Source: an uncultured virus (IMG/VR IMGVR_UViG_3300008954_001678) | Taxonomy: Duplodnaviria; Heunggongvirae; Uroviricota; Caudoviricetes | Length of the DNA stretch: 64,000 bases | Strand: one strand, 5' to 3' | Virus record (IMG/VR): IMGVR_UViG_3300008954_001678 | Made by a program: the position numbers and the translations under genes | Notes under the pieces: model-generated | What the model was told of the DNA's origin: nothing | The model's database searches: none | The model's input: only the letters and a program-made list of their open reading frames with translations | Part shown: piece by piece, positions 28,301-37,103 of the stretch | How positions within the stretch are numbered: the stretch's first letter is position 1 | Layout of the letters: every line of letters starts with the position of its first letter

Positions 28301-31034
28301 AAACTTTCCAGGTAGTACGGCAAAACCATCTTTAATGGTGAATGGAGAAATAGCATTTGGGGTAGCCCGATTTGTAGCTGCCTTACTAAGAGGAGATGAA
28401 AAACTGAGAGTTTGGGACATTACAAAGAAAGAAAATCTTACGGAACATATCCACCCTGGAATTAATCCAGAGTTAGAAATAGGCGACATTATAAAAATAA
28501 TAGACATAGATAGAGAAGTAGAGAACAATACAATAAAATATCATATCCCACCACCAGAGTTAAGACCAGAAAAATTTACACCATACGCAGTAGTAGACAA
28601 AGAAAGTAATGGTTCGGAATCAAAATATCCTTTCCGATATACATTAGTTGCAGAAGACGAACTGGAGGGATATGAAAGATATCCAGTCCTACAAAGCAAC
28701 CCTCTCTTTCAGAAATACACAACAAAACTTCTATTCCCTTGGGTACACCAATGGATTTATGCTGACACTCCAATGGCAAATAAGGTAGATAGATTAACAA
28801 TTAGTGAACATAAAGACTCTGAAGTAAATCCTGATTTAGAAGAAGGTGACATTATAAGAGTAATTGATATTGATGGTGAACACGCAAATATGCCAGATAG
28901 ATTTGGTATGTACAAAGTATACGGTGTTATGGGATTAGGTGGCAGTCAGGAACCTTATTACCAACTATCAGGTGAAACATCTGAGGTAATACATGATAGA
29001 CTAATGAATGGAAAATATCTCTACCGAGGGGATACATGGATTTATGCTAAGACACCAATCGCAACTAAGGTAGATAGGAAAACAATCAGTGAACATACAC
29101 AACCCAGACTTAATCCTGAATTAAAGGTAGGAGACCACATCTTAGTTGTGCATAGCAATGAAACGGTTAATGCTCCAGAATTATATGTCCCATATGTGGT
29201 TGAAGACATAAGACAAAGTAATATGACACAAGAAATATATTATAATTTAGACATGTTATATCCACCAACTAAAGAAGATATGTTAGGTCATGATATCCGT
29301 AGAAAAGACTTACGTTTAGCTCCAAACCAAGGTGATGCATGGATATTCGTTCCACCAGATTACGTAGACATGATGCATGAGTCTACTGTGGATGATAGAG
29401 AAAGGATAATAGAAGCACTTAATGATTTGGTTTATAGAGATGAACCTAGAGAGAAACATACTAGACGAATGCAAAAGGACTTAGGAGATTTAAGAGGGTT
29501 TCCTTTAGATAAGTACAGAAATATGCCACCACCTGCAAATGAGTCCAGTGAGACAGAAGAAGAAATAGGATATCTAGAAGGTATTCCTGTAGACAAGACT
29601 CTTGTAGATAGTGCTGACGAAATACGTGAACACTTTACTGAGTTCCTATCTTCTAAAGGATTGGAATATCCTATTGAAGAATTAAAACAAGTCATGCCAG
29701 GAGTTAAAGCAATTATCTTAAGATTAAAATATTATTATAATAGACCTCGACCATGGCAAATTGCACAAGCGAAAGGATTACCCTTAAATTCAGAAACCTT
29801 ACAATCTAGTTCTTCACCTTCCTACCCATCAGGTCATGCAACACAAGGTAGATTTGTGGCTCGATATCTTGCCGACCTTTATCCTGAATATGAGGAAGAG
29901 ATTAGAAAGATAGGTGAAGAAATTGCTTATAGTAGAAATATGGCAAAGGTTCACTATCCTAGTGATTCAAAATTTGGTAAGTTACTTGGAGATGACATGT
30001 ATGAATATGTGTATAAACCACAAACAGAAGAATTAGAAACCGAGTTAGACGAATACTGCCCTATGGGAAACCCAAACCGTTGTGAAATAGTGGATTATGA
30101 TAGGTTACCTGATACAATACATGAAGGGGTAAGTATTGATGATTCTTCTCACCCATATAAAGAAGAACAATATATTGATTTTATAGAATATGCAGTAGAC
30201 CAATTAGATATAGAGGAACCACCATTCATTAAAATAGAAAGAGAACCCACATCTAATTACACTACAGGTTCTTATAATAAGAAAACTGGGGAGATTAAAG
30301 TAAAAGGTGTGAGAAGACAGTTGGCTGACTTACTAAGAAGTATCGCTCACGAAATGGTACACCATCGTCAAAATGAATTAGGTCTTATTATCGGAAAGAT
30401 TCCGGCTGTCGGTGGAAAGATAGAAGACGATGCAAATTTATATGCGGGACGATTAGTTAAAAGTTACGGACAACAATTTCCTAACATATACACAGAGAGT
30501 ACTGTTCAAAAAGTATTTAGAAGAACGATTAACGAAGCTTTAGAACCAGAATGGTCCATAAGACGAGGACGACAACACTATGCTATGAATAGAACTCCCG
30601 AATCCGGCGAACAAATTACAGCATTTAATGATTACTTAGTAAAGAAATCTCCATTTATTTATGACGGATTCGAGTATTATCTAAGTGCTATTCCCGGTAA
30701 TATGCCTAATAGTGCAAAGATAGACCTTTTCATTCCTCAAATAGACAAAGGAGAGGATGCCGATAAGATATGGTCTAAGGATAACTTACAACTTAATAAT
30801 TCTCATTTTCCACGTCAAACCCAAACATATTATAAACAATACAGGGATAGAATCGGTGAGTTCGCCAATGAAATGGAAGAAATAGGAAAGTTATTTTCTA
30901 TAGAGAGTGTGATTATTAATAGAAATATTAATAGACCATGGAGTAGAATACCAGATAGTTACGGTAATGAGAATATCAGACCAGGTAAACGAGTACCAAG
31001 AGGATGGCCAAGAGAAGAATTAGAGAGGGTTTAA
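22374..31034 (+). CDS. 2886-aa mosaic protein with repeated modules, PAP2-type phosphatase, HExxH metallopeptidase-like and possible nuclease and ParB-like domains
   Basis: KYYYNRPRP...SYPSGH...SR...VHYPSD (PAP2); SIAHEMVHHRQ; two copies of module A; six copies of module B (E[HQ]xxxx[LIV][NS]PxLxxGD). Confidence 0.85.
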   Translation: MSLKNNILSRTVTFLKENHLDIKDLNEEMVKNVMSSDNLSEQVDPAEYGIIDGEKREKEIEFDVEVRGEPLTKKELTAVNLLHKNFTKPELENLSSETPGNYSLGEKFWDVMKLLGYHYTYGGGDAHPKNTRVAHYAKLAADNYTEEGNYEDITNPIRTPLSWWNVELDQTGSQVEMKTGDVTLMGYDEEDAESRAMSEFDSWEGEWETQDWGDYEEYDTEVRSIEKLDADPMTVNEQVEGYAEEDEVDRTPFTSMEVKILKQLHRNLNKDELQQISEETPETYKGGSGEKFWNVMKLFGINFSNDIAIDTRVSKYAKWAFDNWTEEGDYENIEAPIKTPLKWYQVDRSETGSQVEYKDGTAEVLGFDEDDAGERADYDFYSWGGEMETTDWGDYETYDSKIEDTQFIRLDETIRRILREQEEGPDLRTKALISIGGIQRDKVTTPKFIKNIFKSSGHQAKSSGVEPEDGGEWNRFYTPGTNIDLNADLQRIRDRIRFEEYGEMFQQGIEGRGFAFEGMLAGLFNGEPMEAGGKEDIKVGNDYYSIKQSNPGDAWDTGSLQKGYQFARENMVRDGFAEEEIPPTPVELMIAGQDYIQYQAQMLTESFKASNGQPLKWIFAHVLDDKHIKYVSMDSDELISTILSSDCSNGTESRACAVGKSRKKDTGIRIKSRFVLGADPKMITFPEVSEEDIRSIIYDPEGDRIEDKIRRIFKNPNKVSQYTVEYIRDNPKEFVDAVNREIPNLTLEERNIAYNLLLEETDVFGQGLLDPIAPEEFEGTQEEWEKIVKDTEEEGDKFDYDYDEDETLIYTGGPTDPERGFVAPSKEVTTNVCRVEGFCQEQGPITFGQLKALVEAATRKRIQADMGRGVFKMLWRIIPFFVPQILLAAVGVTATRAFNKIITPALTDTRGYKEWWGKAVLKAMDIAEGDYIPDITMGDDPLSKVFFISDGLMSMIKDKYKLKFARYVADYAATRPDNEPVPEWFVENLLRDYLNQKFLLNPPLPVKIDIETKKLDESYPPLKPEEQKKIALTTQVFNTLDDEFSLHPHPEGDIESVEEPVALYSQSLDMFVPMDYIFTPINNMVDGGIPKEDIEMFVDIITDWLNQRINLKTTHHLNEESHNPFGLLKNDWKDELLRHEKNLSANELKHKKLADQLNGMTVTIPVDIHDGAEPVIGTTDITFTIVRPFIFQGLRGDFFDNMRPSEDYKDNPKRPTVIKYDLVFRGVEPGSILEELLDENSLEGMDIHNISARERLIELLVEESYNINESLMKNYFKLYGATIGRVGKIYDSQQLEEQSTKFRDNWQEDKKFTEKPADDSKLNVSPESLWKYLNSNHRERLIKAITPTLDCLIYNCYDGWKNDPDNEWDEDEVDFDEMAQGYCSECGDELNAELEKVDQDLVKLGFAQEHDSEGYDDNHRKTWLEKPFPHSYNVWVDGVVKEINPRFYVDVNDDISYWEDRLITQPKLFEHKESQLSPKLQIGDEIIVVDVGTKEINPENKPDMFLRYFVTKIYSGDEFHRPPFSERTYYGLNRPDVDVTDPERPGVYDQSSTHKYLFPHYDTWIFNPKGKTMKYEDAFQPDHYLSDEEYEELYGDDGQDEYGGYPDLIPETKKEKIREHTESRLNPELEEGDTILVVNRKETPVGYRDPLPGHTPELFTTYVVIEKRYSGHKAKDPYHYFLLPEDKYDIFINDPYAREVDDHERSLFPWIHDWILDKEDIITEQKDSKLNPELMVGDEIVVVSTEGIHDFGSPNLFKPYVVVGIKHGTTMNREKDKWTHDEDEEQTPERNRLGFRKGFDTIPYTYYQIEPIGMTDEERTGAMLAGGGRMKPMYIFPSPSEYRGKDQWILRPGFRRGEHLTEDKMDEVPLSQIIGDNVNNEEFMEILNRFPEKLQRELLDERPKPEDFIEEFKSYHLNSPEPIEIYLEDELNKDHTIDTMSRTPEDVVDTINDEWDTDYESIEVYDPNPDRYFEYANFPGSTAKPSLMVNGEIAFGVARFVAALLRGDEKLRVWDITKKENLTEHIHPGINPELEIGDIIKIIDIDREVENNTIKYHIPPPELRPEKFTPYAVVDKESNGSESKYPFRYTLVAEDELEGYERYPVLQSNPLFQKYTTKLLFPWVHQWIYADTPMANKVDRLTISEHKDSEVNPDLEEGDIIRVIDIDGEHANMPDRFGMYKVYGVMGLGGSQEPYYQLSGETSEVIHDRLMNGKYLYRGDTWIYAKTPIATKVDRKTISEHTQPRLNPELKVGDHILVVHSNETVNAPELYVPYVVEDIRQSNMTQEIYYNLDMLYPPTKEDMLGHDIRRKDLRLAPNQGDAWIFVPPDYVDMMHESTVDDRERIIEALNDLVYRDEPREKHTRRMQKDLGDLRGFPLDKYRNMPPPANESSETEEEIGYLEGIPVDKTLVDSADEIREHFTEFLSSKGLEYPIEELKQVMPGVKAIILRLKYYYNRPRPWQIAQAKGLPLNSETLQSSSSPSYPSGHATQGRFVARYLADLYPEYEEEIRKIGEEIAYSRNMAKVHYPSDSKFGKLLGDDMYEYVYKPQTEELETELDEYCPMGNPNRCEIVDYDRLPDTIHEGVSIDDSSHPYKEEQYIDFIEYAVDQLDIEEPPFIKIEREPTSNYTTGSYNKKTGEIKVKGVRRQLADLLRSIAHEMVHHRQNELGLIIGKIPAVGGKIEDDANLYAGRLVKSYGQQFPNIYTESTVQKVFRRTINEALEPEWSIRRGRQHYAMNRTPESGEQITAFNDYLVKKSPFIYDGFEYYLSAIPGNMPNSAKIDLFIPQIDKGEDADKIWSKDNLQLNNSHFPRQTQTYYKQYRDRIGEFANEMEEIGKLFSIESVIINRNINRPWSRIPDSYGNENIRPGKRVPRGWPREELERV

Positions 31035-31178
31035 TTGTCTATCTCTCCATGTATCCGTGTTTTCTCCCTCTTCACTTCGTTCGGGGGTTCACTCCGTTTC
31101 ACCCACGGTGCGAAAGACACGAATCCACGTAGTTCTATGGACAAAATAAAATAACTTATTATATTTAAAGTAAAAATC

Positions 31179-31394
31179 ATGAATAAAGAAGAAAAAGCAC
31201 GTTATTACGACTGGTTAATGAAACAATACCAGATTAATGAGAACCAAATTAGTAAAATTCCTCAGTTAACTATAGAAGAACAAAGTAAATCTTCTGATGT
31301 GGTTAGATACTCACCAGAAAATCTTCAAAAGGTTAACCATTTCCGTCAGATGCTACAACGAATCCAAAATGAAATGCAATCAATTATGCAATAA
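31179..31394 (+). CDS. Hypothetical protein
   Basis: 71-aa ORF coupled to the next gene (TAATG). Confidence 0.6.
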   Translation: MNKEEKARYYDWLMKQYQINENQISKIPQLTIEEQSKSSDVVRYSPENLQKVNHFRQMLQRIQNEMQSIMQ

Positions 31395-32761
31395 TGTATA
31401 AAGTAGGGGATGTATTAGAATTAGAATTAAAAGAGTTAAAGAGAGCGGGTGCATACAAAAAACTAAAACTTCAAGATGAACCTGTGGTAATCTTTAAAAG
31501 AAACTCTGAAGATATTCTTTCAGATAAACCTATAGAGTCTATTAGAATCAGGGTGGTTAACGATTCTGAAGGAAATTTCTTTTATCACCAAATTATAGAT
31601 GTGATAGGGAATAATAAAAGAGATGAGTTAAAGGTTTCCCATGGGGATAATTATAAAGTTAAATGTGAAGTAGTAGACATAAAACAAATAACTTTTAAAG
31701 ATACCATAGAATTAAAATTAAAAGATTTAACTTCAAGATTTATTTATTTAGAACCCACAGAAAAGTACCATAATCTCCCGACCGACCTAGATGAAAGATG
31801 GAAGAAATATCCCTTAATTCAATTAAAAGGTGGTGATGGGTACGACTATCCAGCATTAGAAAAATCTATCAAGAAAGAAGGACTTAAAGAACCCCTTCGT
31901 ATTAATGAGAATCTATTAAATGGTAAACACCATTCTTACGAACTTGCAAATGGACATCATAGATGGATAGTTTTACACCAATTGTATGGTGAAAATCATG
32001 TAGTTAAATGTACAGTTTCTCGTATAAGAAATATAGAAGAAGACGCAAGTAAGAATATAGATGCTCTTCTTAAGTCTACAACTTATCAGAATTTAACCAA
32101 AGAAGAAAGAGAAGAATTATTAACCCCTGAGATTACTACTGTTAGAAGACATGTTTTACCAACAGATACTTGTAGAGTCAGTACTGACCCTGATAAGATT
32201 TATCTCATCCCACTTAACTGGATATCTCCTCATCGCTTATATGAAGAGGTAGTAGAGACTCAACCTTCTGAAACATGGTATGACACACCCTGGGATGTAC
32301 TAGCAAGTGCCCGAGAACGTTTAGGGGAGAACCAACTATACAAAGATGAATTAAAAAAACATCCAATCAGACCAGAAACAGGAGACTTTAATAAACTCGA
32401 TAAAAGTATTCGTGAGGAAGGATTATTAAGACCCTTAACTTTAATGGATGTGAGTGGTATAGGGAGTGAGAAACCATATAAGTTATTGTTAGGTCACCAT
32501 AGATGGTTAGTCCTATGTAAAATATATGGTAAAGACCATCCAGTTAAATGTAGAATATGGTACACACAAAAGAAGATACCTACTATGGACGCAATTAAAG
32601 GACCCATTAAATCTATGGATAAAGTCAAAGCTCGATACCAAGAATGGATAAAGTGGAGAACAGATGAACACCAAAGATTACACAACCAAGTTTCCAGTAC
32701 CAAAGTAAATCAAACTAAGAAGGACAAGTTTAATTTTAATCCAAATAAATTAGGACTTTAG
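31394..32761 (+). CDS. Protein with tandem ParB/Srx-like domains
   Basis: LEKSIKKEGLKEPL...LANGHHRW and LDKSIREEGLLRPL...LLGHHRW. Confidence 0.8.
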   Translation: MYKVGDVLELELKELKRAGAYKKLKLQDEPVVIFKRNSEDILSDKPIESIRIRVVNDSEGNFFYHQIIDVIGNNKRDELKVSHGDNYKVKCEVVDIKQITFKDTIELKLKDLTSRFIYLEPTEKYHNLPTDLDERWKKYPLIQLKGGDGYDYPALEKSIKKEGLKEPLRINENLLNGKHHSYELANGHHRWIVLHQLYGENHVVKCTVSRIRNIEEDASKNIDALLKSTTYQNLTKEEREELLTPEITTVRRHVLPTDTCRVSTDPDKIYLIPLNWISPHRLYEEVVETQPSETWYDTPWDVLASARERLGENQLYKDELKKHPIRPETGDFNKLDKSIREEGLLRPLTLMDVSGIGSEKPYKLLLGHHRWLVLCKIYGKDHPVKCRIWYTQKKIPTMDAIKGPIKSMDKVKARYQEWIKWRTDEHQRLHNQVSSTKVNQTKKDKFNFNPNKLGL

Positions 32762-32971
32762 ATTATTATTTCTTATATTTTTAATAATGAAAGGAATTAA
32801 GAAACTAAAAGATGTAATAATAGACGTAACGGTTTCCCTCGTAGCACTACTCGTACTCGTGAACCTTGCGTTACTTTCCATTATTACATCCTTCACCTTC
32901 CTAATTCTATTTTCACCAATAATCTTAGTATTAACAATTTTATACAAACTAGAAAGATGGGATATAATATA

Positions 32972-33169
32972 ATGAAAATAATGACGGACCCTAATACGGG
33001 AAAGAAAGTGAATGTATTACTAACGGACGGACTATCACAAATCTGGACTCTTAACAATATCAAAGAAGCAACCAAGATTGCACAGATGTTAAGCGAGAAT
33101 TCAGATAGTGGACATATCTATGAAGTAAGAGGTGAACCATGTAAGGTAGGTAATAAGAAAAAAAAATAA
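32972..33169 (+). CDS. Hypothetical protein
   Basis: MKIMTDPNTGKKVNVLL...; start uncertain (2957 offset alternative 32957). Confidence 0.55.
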   Translation: MKIMTDPNTGKKVNVLLTDGLSQIWTLNNIKEATKIAQMLSENSDSGHIYEVRGEPCKVGNKKKK

Positions 33170-33263
33170 TGAGTGGGGCAAAGAAAAAGAAATCAAAGAA
33201 AATCTCTACCCACAAGAGAAAGAAACAAAGTAGAAAAAATAGACATAAAAACAAGAAAAGATA

Positions 33264-34028
33264 ATGGGAACACTAATATTCATAGCAGTTATAGGAGTAA
33301 TAATATTACTAGGTAGATATGCAATAAGGGAAGGACAAAGAATAGAATCACAAAAGAAATTCATGAAGAACATGAATGAATACGATAGTGGACGTTCAAA
33401 GAATGACCCAGTTAATGTATGGAACAAACATAAAAGAACAAATAAATGACAATATTTAAAATAGCTTTAACAGTATTCTGGATATGTACAGTATTATTTT
33501 TACTAGGATGGCTTGCGTATGAAATAGTATATGCCCCCGAAGTAGATGATGACGATAATATAATAGAAAAAAAGAAATAATGGACTGGACACTAATAATA
33601 TCAATAGTAACAATGGTGGGTATAACACTTGCCTGGATGTACATCTATAAAAAAATTAAAAAGGACAGACAATATAGAAGAAGGAAATGGAAGCAGATGT
33701 CTAAGAGTGAACAAGTAAAACATGTGGACAACGTGATGGATAAATGGTTTAATGAAGAAGATTTTTAATGATGAAAGGAGAGGTAGACTTTAGAGAACTT
33801 ATGTTTATGGTATTATTATTCCTGTGGATGTTAACGGTAGTACCAATTAGATTATTAAAAGAAATTATAGAGGAGATGGGAGAACACATTATTAAACTAA
33901 AAACGATAGGTACGAGAGTAGTGAACGTAATAAGAAAAAGGGAGAGTATAGAGTTATTCTTAATCACAGCAATGATATACTTGTCATTAACTCTAATCTT
34001 AATGTTATTCTTAAAGGACGGTCTGTAG
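33264..34028 (+). other. Run of small membrane-anchored ORFs (33264..33449, 33580..33768, 33768..34028)
   Basis: Each has a hydrophobic helix; + strand extremely A-rich. Confidence 0.55.
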
Positions 34029-34120
34029 AGGACGATATTAAAAATGGAGGATATAATAAGATTAATAAAAGGAACAATAGAATTCATATGGTTCTTAATT
34101 AGAGTACTCATAACAATAAT

Positions 34121-34564
34121 ATGTGTATTACCTTACTTTATAGTCTTCATATTACCAGTCTATATATTAGAGAGAATAACGATGGATACCAAAGAACAAA
34201 AGAAATGAGACTAAGAAACAAACATGATAGAGATAAATCCTGGGACAATCAAGATAACATTCCCCCTATGATGAAGGAGGAGAGTAAAGATGACAGACTA
34301 CAGGGAACAATGAAATATCCTACACAGGAGGAAATCATTGCCTTCAATAGAAAGGAAAACAAACAAAAGGACATAGACAAAAGAATAGAATATCTAAAGA
34401 GTGAGATTCACTCTAACCATAATGATGGATATGTTAAAGAGGGATTAACAAAGGAGTTAAAGACCCTATGGAATTCTCAAGAATACATAGACTCTATAGA
34501 AGACAATCCTATAGACAATAATGATGACGAAACCTACGGAGCTACCTTTGGAATGAGTTATTAA
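34121..34564 (+). CDS. Hypothetical protein (start uncertain)
   Basis: Charged ORF, last before the non-coding locus. Confidence 0.5.
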   Translation: MCITLLYSLHITSLYIRENNDGYQRTKEMRLRNKHDRDKSWDNQDNIPPMMKEESKDDRLQGTMKYPTQEEIIAFNRKENKQKDIDKRIEYLKSEIHSNHNDGYVKEGLTKELKTLWNSQEYIDSIEDNPIDNNDDETYGATFGMSY

Positions 34565-35500
34565 AAAGACTTTATTAGAGACGATTTGAGAGTGTTGTCG
34601 GAGTCTCCCACCCCTGTACTTATTTAACTTTTAATATTCGTTTATACGAACCCTTACACACCTTATACAATACATTAGACACTTACGTACTACTTATCTA
34701 TACACATACCATAACATACTATATTTATCGTACTCTGTTTCCCACAATATACCACTTCTTACCACCTTATGACACAATCATAATCCCTTCTGGTTATATC
34801 ACTAGGGTAAATTACACACAACTTATTACTAAGAAAACTTAACAGGACAATTTGTCACTGGGTCCTCTAGCGATTGTCCCGCTCCTCTCTCGTGCCCTAT
34901 ATTTTTAAAAATCCCAGGATTTATTAACAATTTACTAACAAGTTTTACACATGACAGTGTGTCAGGGGTAATTTAGAACGTATTTAAATAGGGTTTTTAT
35001 ATGTACCTTTTACAGCGAAACGCATACCCCGCCCTAATACCACCCTAAAGGTACCACTATTTTTTGACATGGCCAAATTATTAGTGTGACATATTGTCAT
35101 TGTTAATAACTTTTTTATTTACTAACAATGGATGTTAATAACTTCATTAGTATGGGACAAATTGTCAGGGATATTATTTGGCCACGTCGGCAGAAAGCAG
35201 TATCTTTGCAGGGTGGGAGGGAGGTATGCTCTGAAGGGAACACGCTTACTTAGTCCAGTTCTAAATAAGACCCCAGTAATAAATGACAACATAGGGAGGG
35301 GTATGTTGCAACGTATTTAACCGTAGGACCCCCCGCGGCTATTAACATTAATACTCCCCCTGTACAAACCCCCTTGCGGCCGTATACGTGGGGCGGCCCC
35401 CCTGCCCCCCGCTCGCCGTATCCCCTGTTATCAGCCGCTTTTAGGGGGCTCATAAGGGGGGACGGTGCTCTCTGCCAAGTATGCAATGCCGGAAAAATAT
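34565..35500. other. Large non-coding locus with palindromes, DnaA-box-like 9-mers, divergent promoters and a GC-rich tract (origin, terminus or packaging-site candidate)
   Basis: (T/G)GACA-N3-TGTCA at 34845, 34952, 35087, 35155; TTA(T/C)TAACA on either strand near 34921, 34932, 35101, 35119, 35133; G/C runs at 35325-35465. Confidence 0.6.
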
Positions 35501-35648
35501 TTTTAGAAATTTTTTGGATAATTTGGGACTATCCCCTATACTTGTATATGATGGACATACTTCTGTTGTTTATATCGATAATATTATTGTTTAAGTTTAT
35601 CTTCTGGTTTATTGACTTGATGAACATAGACTAGACTATTTATATTAC

Positions 35649-36386
35649 ATGAGACTGAACGAACATGTGAAACCTGAATTTGTATTTGATAGAGATTATA
35701 TTAGAAATGTAGACTTAGACCTATTAGGTAAATTTTTCGATAAGAATAAGATTAACGAATTAGAGAGGATAACCCGAGAATACCTAAAGGAGGGTAAAGG
35801 TCTAGAAAATTCCGGAAAAAATTATTACAAAAATCTAGCAGGTAACTTTGAACATAGAAATGAGGTATATGGGGAGGATGTAAACAATTTCTTTAATAGA
35901 CTCTTGTTTGCTCCTAATATTGCTATGTTAGACCATATAGTTAAAAACTATGATGAGTTTAAAAATTATAAGTTTATAGATAATGGATGTGGAATAGCTA
36001 CTATGTCGGTATTCCTTAAGATGATTGGTATTGATTGTTATAACTACGATGCTGGTTGTGGTGATAAAAACCCTAATCCTATGTTTGGTCAAGTTATTCC
36101 TGAACAAATTACTCTACATGAAGATATTCTTTCTGGTATGGATATTTCTATTTCTCCTGTTACTGATATACCCCCTACTACAGGTGATGTACTTCTTTGT
36201 TCGGGTATATGGGTTACCTCTGTTGCGTACAATAAACTGTTCACTGACCATTTTAAGTATTTTATGGTAGATTCATTCTATGAGAACAATTCACATGATA
36301 ATACTAACTGGAGACAGATGAAGGATTCGGAGATATTTGTAAGACTGAAAGAATATCCAACTATTAAAGTATACAAAAAGTGGTAG
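35649..36386 (+). CDS. Class I SAM-dependent methyltransferase-like protein
   Basis: FIDNGCGIA...YNYD motif I/II pattern. Confidence 0.6.
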   Translation: MRLNEHVKPEFVFDRDYIRNVDLDLLGKFFDKNKINELERITREYLKEGKGLENSGKNYYKNLAGNFEHRNEVYGEDVNNFFNRLLFAPNIAMLDHIVKNYDEFKNYKFIDNGCGIATMSVFLKMIGIDCYNYDAGCGDKNPNPMFGQVIPEQITLHEDILSGMDISISPVTDIPPTTGDVLLCSGIWVTSVAYNKLFTDHFKYFMVDSFYENNSHDNTNWRQMKDSEIFVRLKEYPTIKVYKKW

Positions 36387-36420
36387 ATGGGTGTATACTT
36401 ATATAACTAAAATTAATATA

Positions 36421-36639
36421 ATGAAAAATTTAATAACAATTCTTTTAATTACACTAGGTGGGATTATGGTAGGGTATTATGGTTTTCCTTATGGGTGTGG
36501 ACCCCAACTCGGATTCAGTCTTGGACTGGAGACCTTGTTAGGATTTGGTCTAATCGTATTGGGAGGAGAAAGACTCTACAGTGAAGATAAGAAAGAACAG
36601 ACTATTGGGTTTAAGATAAAGAAGAAGAAGAAGAAATGA
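36421..36639 (+). CDS. Small membrane protein
   Basis: Two hydrophobic segments and a Lys tail. Confidence 0.55.
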   Translation: MKNLITILLITLGGIMVGYYGFPYGCGPQLGFSLGLETLLGFGLIVLGGERLYSEDKKEQTIGFKIKKKKKK

Positions 36640-36812
36640 GACGTTGGAGTGAAAAGACGTGGGGGATACTAACTATGTTATCCTTATCAGCCTATATCGT
36701 ATGGTTGGTTTTAGGTAATTGTTAAACCAATGAAATTCCCCGATTTTGAAATTACACTTCTTAATGTGTGTATCGTTATCTTCATAATAATTCTAATAAT
36801 AAGTTTATTACC

Positions 36813-37088
36813 ATGATGAATCTTATTTTGTTTTATTTATTGGTGTTTGTACATCATACATTTATTATCCTTTTAATTCTAACTCCCCCGTTTGTTATTA
36901 TTAATGAACCTTTTTGGATTGCCATCCCTATTTGTGTGTGGGTTTTACATTTAATGTTCTCTCCCGTCCTTGTTTGTCCTGCAACCATATGGGAGAACAG
37001 ATTAAGACGTAAGATGTGCAAACCGGAAATCGGGACGTTTTTTAATCACTACTATATTAAACCCTTCCGTAAATTTATTGGTAGATAG
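36813..37088 (+). CDS. Membrane protein (DUF2784-like)
   Basis: TM helices followed by CPATIWENRLRR...FFNHY. Confidence 0.55.
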   Translation: MMNLILFYLLVFVHHTFIILLILTPPFVIINEPFWIAIPICVWVLHLMFSPVLVCPATIWENRLRRKMCKPEIGTFFNHYYIKPFRKFIGR

Positions 37089-37103
37089 AAGTATTTATTG
37101 TAT

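Noticed and set aside
14237..29695. Numerous 60-120-aa minus-strand ORFs within the giant genes
   Set aside because: Ser/Phe/Leu-rich antisense shadows of acidic coding sequence with no motifs
35132..35634. ORFs 35132..35320, 35250..35486 and 35374..35634
   Set aside because: They cross the GC-rich regulatory tract with atypical composition; only a short hydrophobic ORF from about 35548 might be real
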